Source: Tubiluchus corallicola
Taxonomy: Eukaryota > Animalia > Priapulida
Length of the DNA: 64,000 nucleotides
Assembly (NCBI GenBank): GCA_030141605.1
Contig: JAQGDQ010000009.1
Span: 496,001-560,000, forward strand
Reading direction: 5' to 3'
Made by a program: the position numbers and the translations under genes. Positions 1-13,497 of the stretch are shown here, in pieces; position 1 is the stretch's first letter; every line of letters starts with the position of its first letter. The notes beneath the pieces were generated by a model. That model was not told where the DNA came from. It ran no database searches and saw nothing but the letters and a program-made list of their open reading frames with translations.

Positions 1-3000
1 AATGACGATGATGATATGTATGATGTAGAGGCAGATGAAAGTGATGTGACGGGTAATGGTATTGCAGAACAATCAGAGGAAATGGAAGCAGCTGCAGATG
101 AAGTATCAAAGGATTCAACAGTTATAGAGGATCTTGAAACTCTCTATCTCTCTAGTATTGTCCAAGGTGATGATGAAGTTTCTTCTAGCAAACCAGGCGA
201 CTCTGAGTTACCAATTGGTTCCGAAGGCATAGAAGATAACAGTGTTGAACAAGAAAGTCTTGAAGTTCAAGATGTGGAAAGTACAGTTACAGATCCAGAC
301 AATCACCTAGGTGTTGCTGAACAACAAAAGCCAGGAGAAGCAGAAACTGTGAAAAAAGAATCTGAGCCTGCACATGTGGAGAGTGATACAGCTATTGATT
401 CAACACCAACTGTGTCAAAAGAGAGAACCGATGTTCATGATGGAAGGCAAATTGAAACTACTACAGGTATTGAGGATAAGCAAAATGATGCAGCTTCGCC
501 TATGGAAACCGAAACAATCACTGCCTCAGACGTTCAGGATGTTGACGGAAAGGAGAGTACAAACAAAGAGGATTTGGAGACAATAAAGGAAGCTGTAACA
601 GCTTCAGCACCAACACTGGATGAAACTGAAAAAATGAAAGCTGTAGTGGCTTCTGAACCAGATGAAAAATTGATTAACTCTGACACAGTAGATAAGAAAA
701 TAGAAGCACCAGTGGGAACTGAAGCTGAAGCAGCATTAGAAGTAATCAAAAAATTAGATGAAAAAGTGAAACCAGACAAAGATAAAGGAAGTCTTAGTGA
801 TCAGATTGTTAAAACCAGTTCTGTAACAACTTCAGAAGCTGAAAAACAAGCAAAAAGTCCAAGCACTGCTGAGACTAAGAAAAATGAAGCCATTGTTGCA
901 GACAGTAAGAAAAAAACAGACAAGGTTGAAGTTACAGTGGTGGAACTAAATCCAGAAGAAGAGAGGATTAGAAGAAGAGAAGAAAGAGACAAGAGGTTGG
1001 CAGAAAATAAACACTTGACTGAGTTGGATAAATTTTGGAAAGCTGTCATAGATAATCCTACAGATTTTACGGGCTGGACATACCTTCTTCAGTATGTTGA
1101 ACAGTCTGTAAGTGTTTTTAAGGATATATTTAACCTTGCTGTTTTTTAAATACATAGTCAAATGATTACTGAGATATTTTACCACACATAGACTTTTAAA
1201 TTTGACAACCTGATCCTAACTTCAGTGTTGTTTCAATTTACAAAGTAGATTATTAACTTATCTTCGCATTACAAACACTAAGCACTGTTGAATTTCGTAG
1301 AAAATGGTATCACTAATTTTAAGTTTGGTGATAATTTTTACTGCTGTTTAGTATTTACCTACTCTCTTCAGATGTATTTTATATGAGCCCGACAATAAAA
1401 ATATTTCTATCTGTAATCGCCCAGTAAGTTTTTCATGGCACAACTGGCCGTGAATTTTATAACTTTTTTGTGCGTTTACATGTAGTAATATTTTTAATTT
1501 GTAATAATGCAATTGATATAGTGCAAGTTTTTAACAATATTTACGCATATAACACTAACAGAATTCATTATATTTCGCAGCATAATCTTCCTGATTGCAG
1601 AGAAGCTTTCGACTCTTTTTTAGCCAAATATCCCTACTGCTTTGGCTACTGGAAGAAATATGCAGACATCGAGAAAAAGCATAAATACTATGAAACTGCC
1701 GAGCAGGTAATTAGTAGCTTTTATTCATTCTTTTTTACAAAAATTTCACTTTTGTGGAAATTTAAATATTTTTACACTGATAAATCATTTTACCACATTC
1801 AACAGTGACATATTATCCTACGCGCAGTTATCGAAATTTGATAAAATATTATGATTATACAAATGTCGCCATAGATCCATTTAGAATATACTTCCGTTTG
1901 ATGTGTTGTGTCATAGCGGAAAAATGTGACCATTAACTGACTACTTCGCTGATGCTAAATAAAGCTGGCTGAATGGAACGAAGCAGGTAATGTGAGCATA
2001 ACATTTCCTATTTCTACCACAGTTATGTACAAGCATTTCATACGTACAATATTTTATTTATGGATTCCATGTTGAATTTGGGATTGTAGTGTAAGTGCTG
2101 CTATTTTAAATTCACGCATTGGCATTGACTCTGCATTTGCTACTAATCCGTGCTTGAAATTTTCCAGTGTCTAAATATTTTTGCCTTCATCAGGAATCGG
2201 CAGCATTTGCGACAGTGGAGCTTTTCTCGCAAGAAACTACCTTCGAATGGTAACCCGTATGTTCTCCTGCTAAATATGATGAAATTGGATATTATTAAGT
2301 TTTTGCGATTATCAGTCACTGTTTTCACATTATTATGCTTTTCAGGTTTTCCAAAGAGGATTAAAAGATATTCATATGAGCATAGATCTCTGGATGCATT
2401 ATGTCAATTATTTCAAAGACCGCCATTATAAAGACGACGATTATGTCGACAAGATGCGAGAGTATGCTATATTTCAATGAGCAAAATGATATTGTGATTT
2501 ATGTTACACAAGTTTATTGTTATTCATGTTACTTATTTACATTTGTACATATGCTCGTGAATATTGGTTAAATACATGTCAAGCACAATACTTTAACTTT
2601 AGAATTCAATTATGTGTATTTTATAAATACAAACAGCATATTGAAAATACTTTTTTATTGTAAGAAAAAGCTACAGTATAGAAAATTTCTGTAAAGAAAA
2701 ATAAAAACTTGCCTTGATTGCCTTGGTTTTTGACTCTTTATTGTTTTCATTTCTGAAACGCTAACATTTACAGCATAGAATAGAACCATTTCTCCATCAA
2801 GCACACAATGTAAAATTTTGACACCTTTTTATCAATTGTTTATAGTTTTGCTGTGACAAAGTGATTTACTTTTCAATTTTTACAATTTTTCCTTGATAAA
2901 TAATTCTAATTTGATAGCTTGTTTTTCTTGTGGGCACTATAATTTCCTAACTAATTTTGGTAGGTTATATGAACGCGCTATATCCACTGCCGGAGAAGAG

Positions 3001-6000
3001 TACAAGTCTGATCGTTTGTGGGAGTCGTACATTGGATGGGAAAAAGAGCTGAACAACATTCGCAACATCACTAATATCTATGATCGCCTTCTGGCCATAC
3101 CAACTCAGTATCTCAACACAAATTTTACACGGTAATCCTCGTTATCTTTTTTAAATTAATATCTCAGAATACACCTTTTACTTTAGTATTTTTCTTTTGT
3201 GGCAACTTCCGGGCTTCGTTTATGTAGAACACTGCAAATGCAGGTGGAACATTAAAAAAGACTGTTGTTGGTGATAATTAAATTGTTAACTGGCAGCCCC
3301 GAGTACAAACATACTTTGTACCAAATTGTATCAAAGTTCTAACTAAGCTGCTTATTTATGATTGTAGAGAGACTTGCAGGTCATTCATTACAGTTTTATT
3401 CATATCATCCTTGATTACTTTATGCCATGCGATCAAACATGTTTATTTGCTTTAAAAAATTAATTAATTTTTTAAAGTTAATGTCGCTCAACAACTGTTC
3501 AGTTTTTGGCATTTTCCAAGAGAAGACTCACAGATAACAATGACCAGCAAAGCCACATTAACTGTCAACCGCAAGAGTTAATTGTAGTGCTGGTTGCAAA
3601 AAATACTTTAATAAAAGTAGTGAAATTGCAATTTCCTGCTACTTATTTTCAAAGTTTAGCCACTCACAAGTCTAGTGCTACTAATTTTAGTAGTGTCGCT
3701 ATGTAGATATGTAGAAGCACTACTACCCAACACTGTATGTACTCACCAGCAGGTATTGAGAAGTATTGTAACAGTAATGTGCCCCTTATGTCTAACATAC
3801 ATTGTCTTTTGTCCATTGAAATGCCTTTGTAAACTAATTTTGTATAAGCTTTTCAATATTAAATAGTGATAACTTAATGACAATTTTTATGCAGTGCGAA
3901 TAATCGCATTGTTACAGCAGTGCTTAATAACCTTAGTACAATTTAACTTTTCAGGTTTTCAATTAGATCTTTATTGTATTAGGTAATCATAAAAAATGGA
4001 TGCTAGTGCTTGCATAGCAGTTGGTCAAAGTTATTTCATTATGGGTATTTCATTATCAACAAGTTAAGTAAAAAGAAATTACTTCAAATGTATTAAATTT
4101 CCGACAGAATGTAGTTTCGTGTAAACCTCTGTGCATTTAAAAAATACCGTACTCAATAAAAATACACTGTTGAAATATTTTAATATTCATTTAGTTGCCA
4201 AATATATACATTTGCAATCTTACAATAATTTCATAACATTATCCACATATGAATTATTAGATTCTTCAAAAATACTAAATTCTATTTTGTAACGTGAATA
4301 TCCTACATTGCGTGATCTTTGACCGTCAAATTTATGCACAGATTTCAGACACATGTGAACAGTAACGATCCCCGAGATCTGCTGACTACAGATGAATTCC
4401 TAAGCCTTCGGCGTCTAATAAATGAAGGCAAGGATGAAGGTGCTGATGCCTCACCTGATACACCTCCAGAAGACTCTGCCGGAGGAGACGATGAAGCTCC
4501 TCCTGGTGTTGATGAACCACCAGGGACTGATGGACAGGAGAACAAGACTGGAGAAGCAAAGTCAAAAGTATGTAATTTACCTGCATTTTTGTTTTGCCAT
4601 GTTGCACTTCGAAGTTTTGATCTGCAATTCTGAAAGAGAAATGTGGTATCTTAAATTTGTTTTCATCCAATGATTTTTTTGCCAATAACGTAGTAAAGGC
4701 TTCATGCCTCATTGGTATAAAATGCCATTAGATGATGTTCCTGAATTGTTAAATGTTCTTGTGTTGTTTAGAATTAGCTAAATTTCTGAGCAATAATGAG
4801 ATTCCATGAGCTTCATCGACAGGTGAGATTCTCCAGGAAAGTTGCAACTCTAAGCTTCTTTTCTCCTATTCTAAAATAAAACTGCTTTTCTGGAATTATT
4901 AAGCTGTTAGAATTATTTCCATTGATTTAATTAATTTTGTGTTTTAGACTAGCGAAGCAGAAGTAGCAGAATTAAGGAGGAAGATCATCGAAATTAGAAG
5001 AACCATTTTTGATAAAACATCTGCTGAACAAACTGAGCGTAAAGTGTATGAAGAACATGTACGTAGATTAGAGATGAGCTAATCTAATGTGCAATGTTAA
5101 TTTGAATGCATGATAGTGTATCTTTTTCATTTTATTGGCCAGAATAGTTAGTAGTAGTAGCAGCAGCAGCTGGAGCCGTAGTAAAATTCTTTGTTGTAGA
5201 CTTTATAAAAGCTTTTTTGAGAGTGGATAAACTTTCAGATATGCTACCATTCCATCCAATAGTAATATTTTTGGGAATTTTGTGGTTAAAAATTGCTAGG
5301 TGGGTCCTCGCCTTTATTTTTTAAGTGTGGAACACAAAACCAAATGTACACGGTCAGTCATAATTAAAATAGAATGCATGTGTATAAAGAACCACTGGGG
5401 ACTCCTGGACAGCAGAACATTAAGACTTATTGTTTGTATTGTTTACATGGTGAAAAAAGGAAAAAAACAATAAAAAGTCATAAAAGTTAATAAAATTAGC
5501 AATCATTATGCTTTGTCCTAAAACCATTTCTAAATTTGTGCTTTTTTCGCGTATTTGGGTACTAATTGTCTTACGAATTAATTAGCTGTTTTGGTAACAG
5601 CTTTGGAGTACATATTTGAAATAAGAAAGATGTTAAGGGTGCCGTAAAGGCAGAAAAACATTGTCAGACTCAAACTCGCATTGTACAAAATCGAGGGTTA
5701 TGGCCTAACTAACTGACCTAGCTTGTCTTAGCTAGTTGGACAAATATTAAGAATACTGAGTTGTACCATCTCTCATTTAAAAATGTCTTGCTCTCCAAGT
5801 GTGCTACTAAATCTTTAGTATTCATTATTTTTCCATGTTAAATTCCGTTTATAAAATCACTTGAGCACATTAACTTCATTGCTAATTAATACAATAAGTT
5901 TTCGCTTAACGATGCTAATGCATTCCAACAAAACGCAACGTTTACTGAAACGTCATTATATGAAAGAATGTGAAAGACCGTTCACTGAGTTGCCCTGCAA

Positions 6001-9000
6001 CACAAAAATTAATAATGTATGGTTATGTAAAGCCCTCAGTTGCCTTGCCATACAAAAAGTAATAACCGTTGGCCCTTAAATCAGAGAACTTTATGACCTT
6101 TATTCCTGACAGTTTTTAACTAAAAGTTAAAGAGAACTGAAGTTTCCAGCAAAAATGCAAAATTCAGATTTGAAAGATATACTGTACTTCTTGCATAAAT
6201 GCATCTTCCTCTGATTGATCCATCCCCTTGTGCCATTTCTTTTTTTCTGTGCTTGTTTTTTAAAAAAATCTAGCAGTGGTTGCATAAACTCTCTTTTTTG
6301 CTAAAACGTCTCAATGATGTAAAGCATTAGTAGCACCTTGTCTCAATTCTGAACTTCATACTTTGTCTGGGTTATTTTCACAAAAAAATTCAAGTCTAAC
6401 GTCAGTACTTTTGAAATCGTCAGCCATTTCTGTTTAACGCACCTGAGTTCTAGCATTGTTCTTCCAGTAATGTAAATATTTCCCCTTGTTTTTCCTACAA
6501 CCCAGTAATGTAACACGACACATTTTTGTCAGAGGGATTTCATGTCTACACACAGTAGGAAAGTGCAGTTAGCGAGTGGTCAGCAGTGAATCGTAGCTTG
6601 CTGCCTCTCACTGCTTAATAAAACAAATTATTACTGTTAATTTCTGTTACCAGTGATTTCTGTTAATAGGGCTTCTTCATAAAGCGTGTGCAGTAAACAT
6701 AATTTCAGTGCTGGAAGGCCAGATAAGTCATCATTAAAGTGAAACACATGTCTTTAAGTGAATAAAACGTGCCATAAGATCAGCGTTGTTAAACCGAAAC
6801 ATTGTTAAACATGGCGTCGTTAAGCGAGGAATTACTGTACTTATTTTCGAAAGTCGGTATGAATGCCTTTAGATGTGCAAAATATTTATGTATTGTTATT
6901 TTTTTAAATAGATCAAAAGACCGTATTTTCATGTGAAGCCATTGGAAAGGGCACAGTTGAACAACTGGAAATCATATTTGGACTTTGAAATAAGCCAGGG
7001 CAATCATAAAAAGATTGTTATTTTATTTGAGCGGTGTGTTATTGCTTGTGCACTTTATGAGGACTTATGGATGAAGGTACCTTTGCCGTCTGTTTAATAT
7101 CGTGTAATTTTACCTAGCGTCAGAGTCTCTCATTGCTCGTGTCTCTATATTTCTCTTCTTTCCTGAACGTCTTTCTCTTCTCATAGCCTTTTCTGTCTTT
7201 TGTTCATTTTCTTCACTCTTTCAGCTTTATTTATTATTTTCTAGAATACTTCACGTTTATCCATTTAGTTATTCCAGTATGTAATTTATTAACTAACATT
7301 ACTTATATGTGGCTGTGAAAAATTAAATTCCTTAATATTTTGCTATGTGAGCTCTTTGTTTGCTCATACTACTTGATCATTTACAGTATGCTAAATACAT
7401 GGAAGAAAGAGATGCTGAAAGTGCCAGAGATGTCTACAGGCGTGCATGCACAATACATCTGCCGAAGAAAATCAATATGAATCTTGCTTGGTCCATGTCT
7501 GAAGAAAAACTTGGTAAGCCAAGCTTCTGCACCTGCGTTTTTACAGCTGTTGTAGTAACTATACCTGTCATTTATCTAGTAATGTTTGAGTTGTTTGCCC
7601 TTGCTTATAAGTATGTTTTTTTTGGTAACTAATTCTCCCAATTATTTGCTTAATTGATTATCTTGAAATTTATGTTAGTGGTTATCATTAATCTGCTTGT
7701 ATTTTAATTGTTTCATATGTGTTTACAGGAAACTATGAAGTTGCTGCACAAATATTATCAGATTTACATGAGAGAATGCCTGGAATGCTTGTAATTGCAT
7801 TGCGGAGAATTTCACTGGAGCGACGCTTCAAACATCATGAAAAGGCATTAGCTCTGCTAAACGATAACTTGTCACAGGCTTCAAGCCCTGATTTGCAGAT
7901 GTTGTTTGCAGTGAGACTGTCACGCTACCATATGAAGGTAAGTACTAGTTACAGAATTAGATGCTGTTTCACATTTCTGCCTCTTGCTAAGTCGTTGTAA
8001 ACAATTGACTTATAAATAGTATTTATTTATTTTTATCAACAAAATTGTTTTGAGCTAAATGGTAACAAAACGCTGTCACTTAAGGTTCCTTATACGAATT
8101 AATTTCTTAGATAATTTATTTTAAATAAATGTATTTGTTAACAAATTGATTGGTGTTTGCATCACAGATACTGAACGATCCCACCAAAGCACAGGAAACT
8201 ATTGTTAAAACATTGGATGAAGGAAACACGAATGTGCGATTGTACATGCAACTGTTAGACATTGCATATCAAAGTAATCCAGTTGACGAATCACTGGCAC
8301 TTAGTACTTTTGAACGAATCCTAAACGATGACACTATTTCCAAAGACGACAAATTGCGATTTTCTCAGCGACGTATAGAATTTGTTGAAGACTTTGGAGA
8401 AGATATTTCAAAGTATGACGCATTTTGTTTTGCCTATTAATTGCACTCCTGAACAGTAATGGATAATAAATAAAACTGGCACCCACAATTTTTAATCTGC
8501 CTTAACTGGGTAATGCAGTCATGTTTATTGTTTAAAACTTTTATTGATAATGGGTTTGTCACTAGGAATTACGAGAAAGTATCTGCTATTGTTACACTTA
8601 CGAAAAAATGTATAGTCAAATGTAGTTAGCCTGCCACATAATTTTCATTCTTAATACTTTAGTCATTAAATTTTTTGTTGCTATATTTCAAAATTATGCA
8701 AACGAATAAAATGAACCATTTCTAAATAGAATTGTAGGTTTTACTGATGAACACAAAAACCTGGAAAAGTCTGCAATAGAAGTAGTCAGCAGTAAAAAAC
8801 GTGGTTCATCGCCGTAAGTATTTTAAACTATTTTTATTACTTGAGTAGGTTTCACTAAGTTGAGAGCTCTGTATTAACCACATGAATGCATAGGATGTTC
8901 AATTTTTGTTGTATAGTAAACCATTAGGAGAGTATGACAAAATAAGGCCACTGAGTTATGTAACTGATGCATATCTAATAACATTATTGTGTGCAGTGAT

Positions 9001-10840
9001 TGTAAATTATAATCCTTTAAAAATCATATTTATTCAAATGCGCAAATGGACAGTGTAGGTATAGAGACAATGGAGTACTGCTAGTTAATTGTTAGGTTCG
9101 GGATGGAATCTTGAATACACATGCCTTTTGCTCAGATTTAAAAGTGGGTTTGGGTGGCTACAAATCTAGTTTAAATTCTACATGTTCAAAAGATTTATCT
9201 AGCAAGGGATAAAGTTCTTTCCTAATTAGGTGCAAGTATAAATACTATAGCAAGAATTCTATATATATATGTTTGTGTGTGTGTGCGTACGTGCGTGCGT
9301 GTAATCGAATTCGAACTAAAAAATCTCATTCTGACTGGAACTTCAAAGTTAATTATGAAGCTGAATATGACGAGTATATCACAATCTTTTCATTTTCTTT
9401 TTCGTACACTATGATACATTTTTAAAACGTGATTTTCATCAAAAGATAGTACCAAGGAAATCTTTTATTTTACTGTTCCATTATGGCTGCACCATTATGC
9501 CTGATTTGCCATATTGGACAAGGAGCTCTCTGCCCCCTGGCAAGATAGCAGGTCAGGCCAATGCAGATTAGTATTTTCTACCAAATGAGAATGATGTGAT
9601 CGTCGTGTTATTTAGTGTTAAAACGAATTTCTTTTCTACGCAACTTAATGTTTGCTAAACTATTTTTAGTAGCCCAGATGCAAATTCCAAGAAGAAAAAG
9701 GTCAAGTCAGTTGCTACTGTTCCAGCAGCCACCACCACCTACCAAACGTCTTATGCTGCAACTCCACCATCTCAACCTGTTGCACAGTCAGCTTACACTT
9801 CTTCACAACAATATACAACGCCGCCACCGTCCATGTATGGAGCAGCCGCTACCCAACAACCATACACAGCACATTATGGGCAAACGTGGCCTGGATATAA
9901 TCAAATGGTATTTGTAAATTTATCAGTAACTAGTATTGCCTCGAAGAAGAATATTTCATGTGAACTTACTCGGTTTCAATTTTGTAGTAGTGGATGAATA
10001 TTGTGCAGAGTAGAGAACTCTAGCACAGCAATATACTCACTAACTGTACTTAAAAAATCTGAAAATAAATAAAAAATAAGTAAATTGAAATAGTTAACTA
10101 GATAAACAAAATTTTCACTTGTTCACAAAACATACGTAAACATCTAATTTTGGTAAATAACTACAGTCATATCATCGTTTTCGAACGTCTCCGTACTCGC
10201 ACAAATCGGTTTTCGATCAGAAAATTCCAACTGAAATTGTCTCCGTTCTCAACCAGAATTTGGTACTCGACCAATCCCCAAACACATGATGAACACATGC
10301 GCGCCAAGCCGAGCGTAACTGACCACACCCGAGAGTAGTCACGCACGTGTTTCCAATCTTGCCTACGTATGCCATCACACTGCTACCAACACGTAAGGTT
10401 TTTTCATACAGGAATAATTATGTTTTTCTTTCTAAGTAATTCTATTGTGTTTTTCTTGTCAGTTATTATCACTTATCAGATAAACATTTTTACATTATTA
10501 TATTTCATTTTAGTAATACTTTACAGTTCATTTGGTTCTTGAGAACGGATTATTTGCTTTTACATTATTTATTATGGGAATAAATGATTCGGTACTCAAC
10601 CAAATCGGTTTTCAAACACTTTTTAAGAATGAATTATGGTCGAAAACAGAGGTATGACTGTACATGTATCATCTGTTTATATGTACTGAAAAAAATTTTA
10701 ACTAGATATTTATCTTCAATATCCGACAATGGTAGTGTGTTTACGAAAACTCAGTTATTATAGGAATTGTATTTATTTTTTTCCAGGGATATGACTACAG
10801 CCAAAATTGGTCAGGATACAACTATTATGGCCAACAATAG
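1..10840 (+). CDS. PRPF39: Pre-mRNA-processing factor 39 (U1 snRNP-associated HAT-repeat protein), 5'-partial, spliced
   Basis: Exons (all GT-AG): <1-1107, 1581-1706, 2346-2461, 2964-3131, 4342-4567, 4948-5058, 6912-7076, 7387-7513, 7729-7937, 8168-8412, 8730-8813, 9670-9907, 10787-10840. They total 2976 nt with the frame conserved and TAG at 10838-40. Diagnostic PRP39 peptides: [70 protein letters not shown]. The frame is open from base 1, so the start may lie upstream. AATAAA at 10895-10900. Confidence 0.95.
5892..6837. mobile_element. pogo/Tigger-like (Tc1/mariner) non-autonomous element in a PRPF39 intron
   Basis: Imperfect TIRs CAATAAGTTTTCGCTTAACGATGC / revcomp CAGTAATTCCTCGCTTAACGACGC (19/24), flanked by TA (5890-91, 6838-39); no transposase ORF. 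Confidence 0.65.
10164..10660. mobile_element. pogo/Tigger-like MITE in the last PRPF39 intron
   Basis: TIRs CAGTCATATCATCGTTTTCGAAC / revcomp CAGTCATACCTCTGTTTTCGACC, TA on both sides (10162-63, 10661-62), internal repeated CAAATCGGTTTTC and GGTACTC motifs. Confidence 0.75.
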
Positions 10841-12869
10841 CTTCAAGCTGAAGATGCCTTTATGTACGTGTTCCGAATTTAGTCTGTATAGTTAAATAAA
10901 TTTTCTTGTATATTTAGTTAGTATACCTGTGCTAATTTCACTGCTCTAAAATGTTACTTTACTAAATGTCTAGAAAAGCTTTCCGTTGCAGTAGACAGGT
11001 AGTTAGTACACAGTTTTATATGGATTTGGTGTTACAGCACGCATGCTTCATTGGAAAATAAATCCCATTCATTTACTTCAGTTCAAATTAATTTGGTGAA
11101 AAAATTTTGCAAACAGTCTCATGTTAACCAGTTATGAACAATTTTGTAAGTTACAAAATTTGTATCTTTAAAGTAAAATAAATACATTCCACCACTCTTA
11201 ACAGTAATCACAAGTTTTTGTATTTTTTTATTCTATAGTTTTTTCCATGTTACATATATCATGATGGATTTTTTAATACATTAAAAAACAAATATCAAAG
11301 TGCCAAGTTCAATCACATGAAGAGAGAGAACAGAGAACTCGTGCCTTGTTTTTTCGGTCTTTTGACCCTAACGACTTCAAAAACTTAGGTGTCCGTGTCC
11401 TAATAACCGTGTCCAGGCTGCCATGCAAAGTACCATGTTTTTGAAATGGACATTGGTTTTCTAATAATTTGGTAGTATTTTTAGTCCAAGTAGCTGCTCA
11501 TCTAGATGTTATTGTTGTTCTATACGAATGGTTTCTTTTTAGATGTTAATGTACTTGAAAGTTTACATCAATTAAAAAAATTGGCATTTGAGGTACAACA
11601 GCCATTCTTTACAAATCGCTCAAGTTTGCAGATGCAGGTGTGTTATTTTCTTAACAAACATTAAGCACAAAACCCAAAATGCCCAACATAATTTAATTTT
11701 CCACTACAACACTGCTTATGAAATAGCACTTACTGTTGAAAGTTTGTGACAAAGAGAGATAATAGTTAGCACTTAAATATCTTTGTAATATTTACACAGG
11801 TTTTAAAAATTTCATTGCAGTTCGTCTCTTGAGTTAATTATGAAGTACATTTACACCCACGTTCTTTCTTGATTTAAGTGCACTTGTTGTGCTTTTAATC
11901 ATGAGGGAGGAAACTTTATTTCTTCACATACAAATTTTTTCAGTAGTGCTTTATTATTTTATCAATTTACCTCACACAACTTATGGTAACTGCAATACAA
12001 CAACACTAAATTTTATAAAACTAAAATAACAAGGATGTGGTTACATTGTATTTTTCATTGTGGCACAAACCCAGGTGCACCAGATGTGCCACTGGAAATG
12101 TGTAGTTGTGAACAATGCATACTTACATAAACATTAGGCTGTCCTCGATGGTACTCGATTCTATCCACAATGTGTCAACCAACTGCTGTCATTGACTGTC
12201 TGTCATATTATAAACATGTTTAAAAGCTGACTAAAAAAAGGTACTTTGAGAACATAAAAACATATACATAAAGCGAGGTTATAACAGACTTTATGCATGG
12301 TTCATATGAGCTACATCGTTGTTAATTAATGACGGCCTTTGCTACTTTCTAATCTTGATGGTTTGAAGTATCAGCACCATATCAGCAAAGGTGTAAAGTG
12401 CAGATGTAAATGAGGCACCACTGACTGCACTATGAAATTTTTTTCAACAGCTGCTGCTACTTGGGATTCAGCCTTATTCAACAGTCTGTTAATGCCATAG
12501 ATCAAAGAAAATTCCTCTGATTTCGAAATTGTAACCATAAAGTTGTAACTTAGATATGATCAGAATCAGTTCATTAAAAATATCTAATGACTCTACTGTA
12601 GAAGCGTTGCCATTTACACTGAATATCAGGTGTCAGCATTAAACCACGACAACCCTTGCTGCAATAACATTACATCACTAATGTTTGTGTATATATATAT
12701 ATATATATCACAGCTAAATAGTTACTAAATATCTAAATTAGTACATCTTTGCTTATACACACACTTTTCATCCATTGTGCCAGTGTCAATCAAAATGCTT
12801 GCAGAAGTACTATATTCAGAAGTTTTTCACTTGGATTAATTCTAATCTCCTAGCATCACTGAATGGCAG

Positions 12870-13465
12870 TTAAGTTTTATTATCAGAGTCTGTTATTGGT
12901 TCGTAACCTTCTGTTTCTATTTTCTCCTTGTACTGTAGATATCTTCGTCGTCTGTCAAAATGCTCTACCTGAAATTGAAAACATAGTCACAGCAGTTTTC
13001 TAAACAAAGTGCTTACCGTAGTCTCGTTGTCAATTTTTCATTAACGTAATATGGCTTCTATGTTCTTCTGTATGAATGAAGCTGATAGCTTCATGACTAT
13101 TGCTCTGCTATGAGAAGCCAAGCAACAAATGTAAATTTTATAACAGGACTGTAAATTTAACACCAGACTGTGTTAAACAAAAAAAAGTAATATAACAGTT
13201 ATACCTCTTTATACCGCCCACCTCGAAACCGGAAAAAGTTGGCATTACAAGGAGTTTGGCATTATAATAAGCTGTGTTAAATTTTGCCATAGATGGATCA
13301 CAAAACAGACAGACAAGCGTAAACAGGTTAAAGTCCTCAATTTCCACTCTAAAGGTTAATGAATTAAAAGATTATATATGAAATTAATCATTTACGAATT
13401 AATGACTCAGTCAAAATCAATCAACTTTATTAAATCATTTTCGTTCACATTTTAAATGTGTCTTG

Positions 13466-13497
<32 letters not shown>

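Noticed and set aside
4660-4750. Intronic C/D snoRNA in PRPF39 (vertebrate PRPF39 hosts one)
   Set aside because: The C-box-like words are imperfect or too close to CTGA, and there is no terminal stem or recognisable guide.
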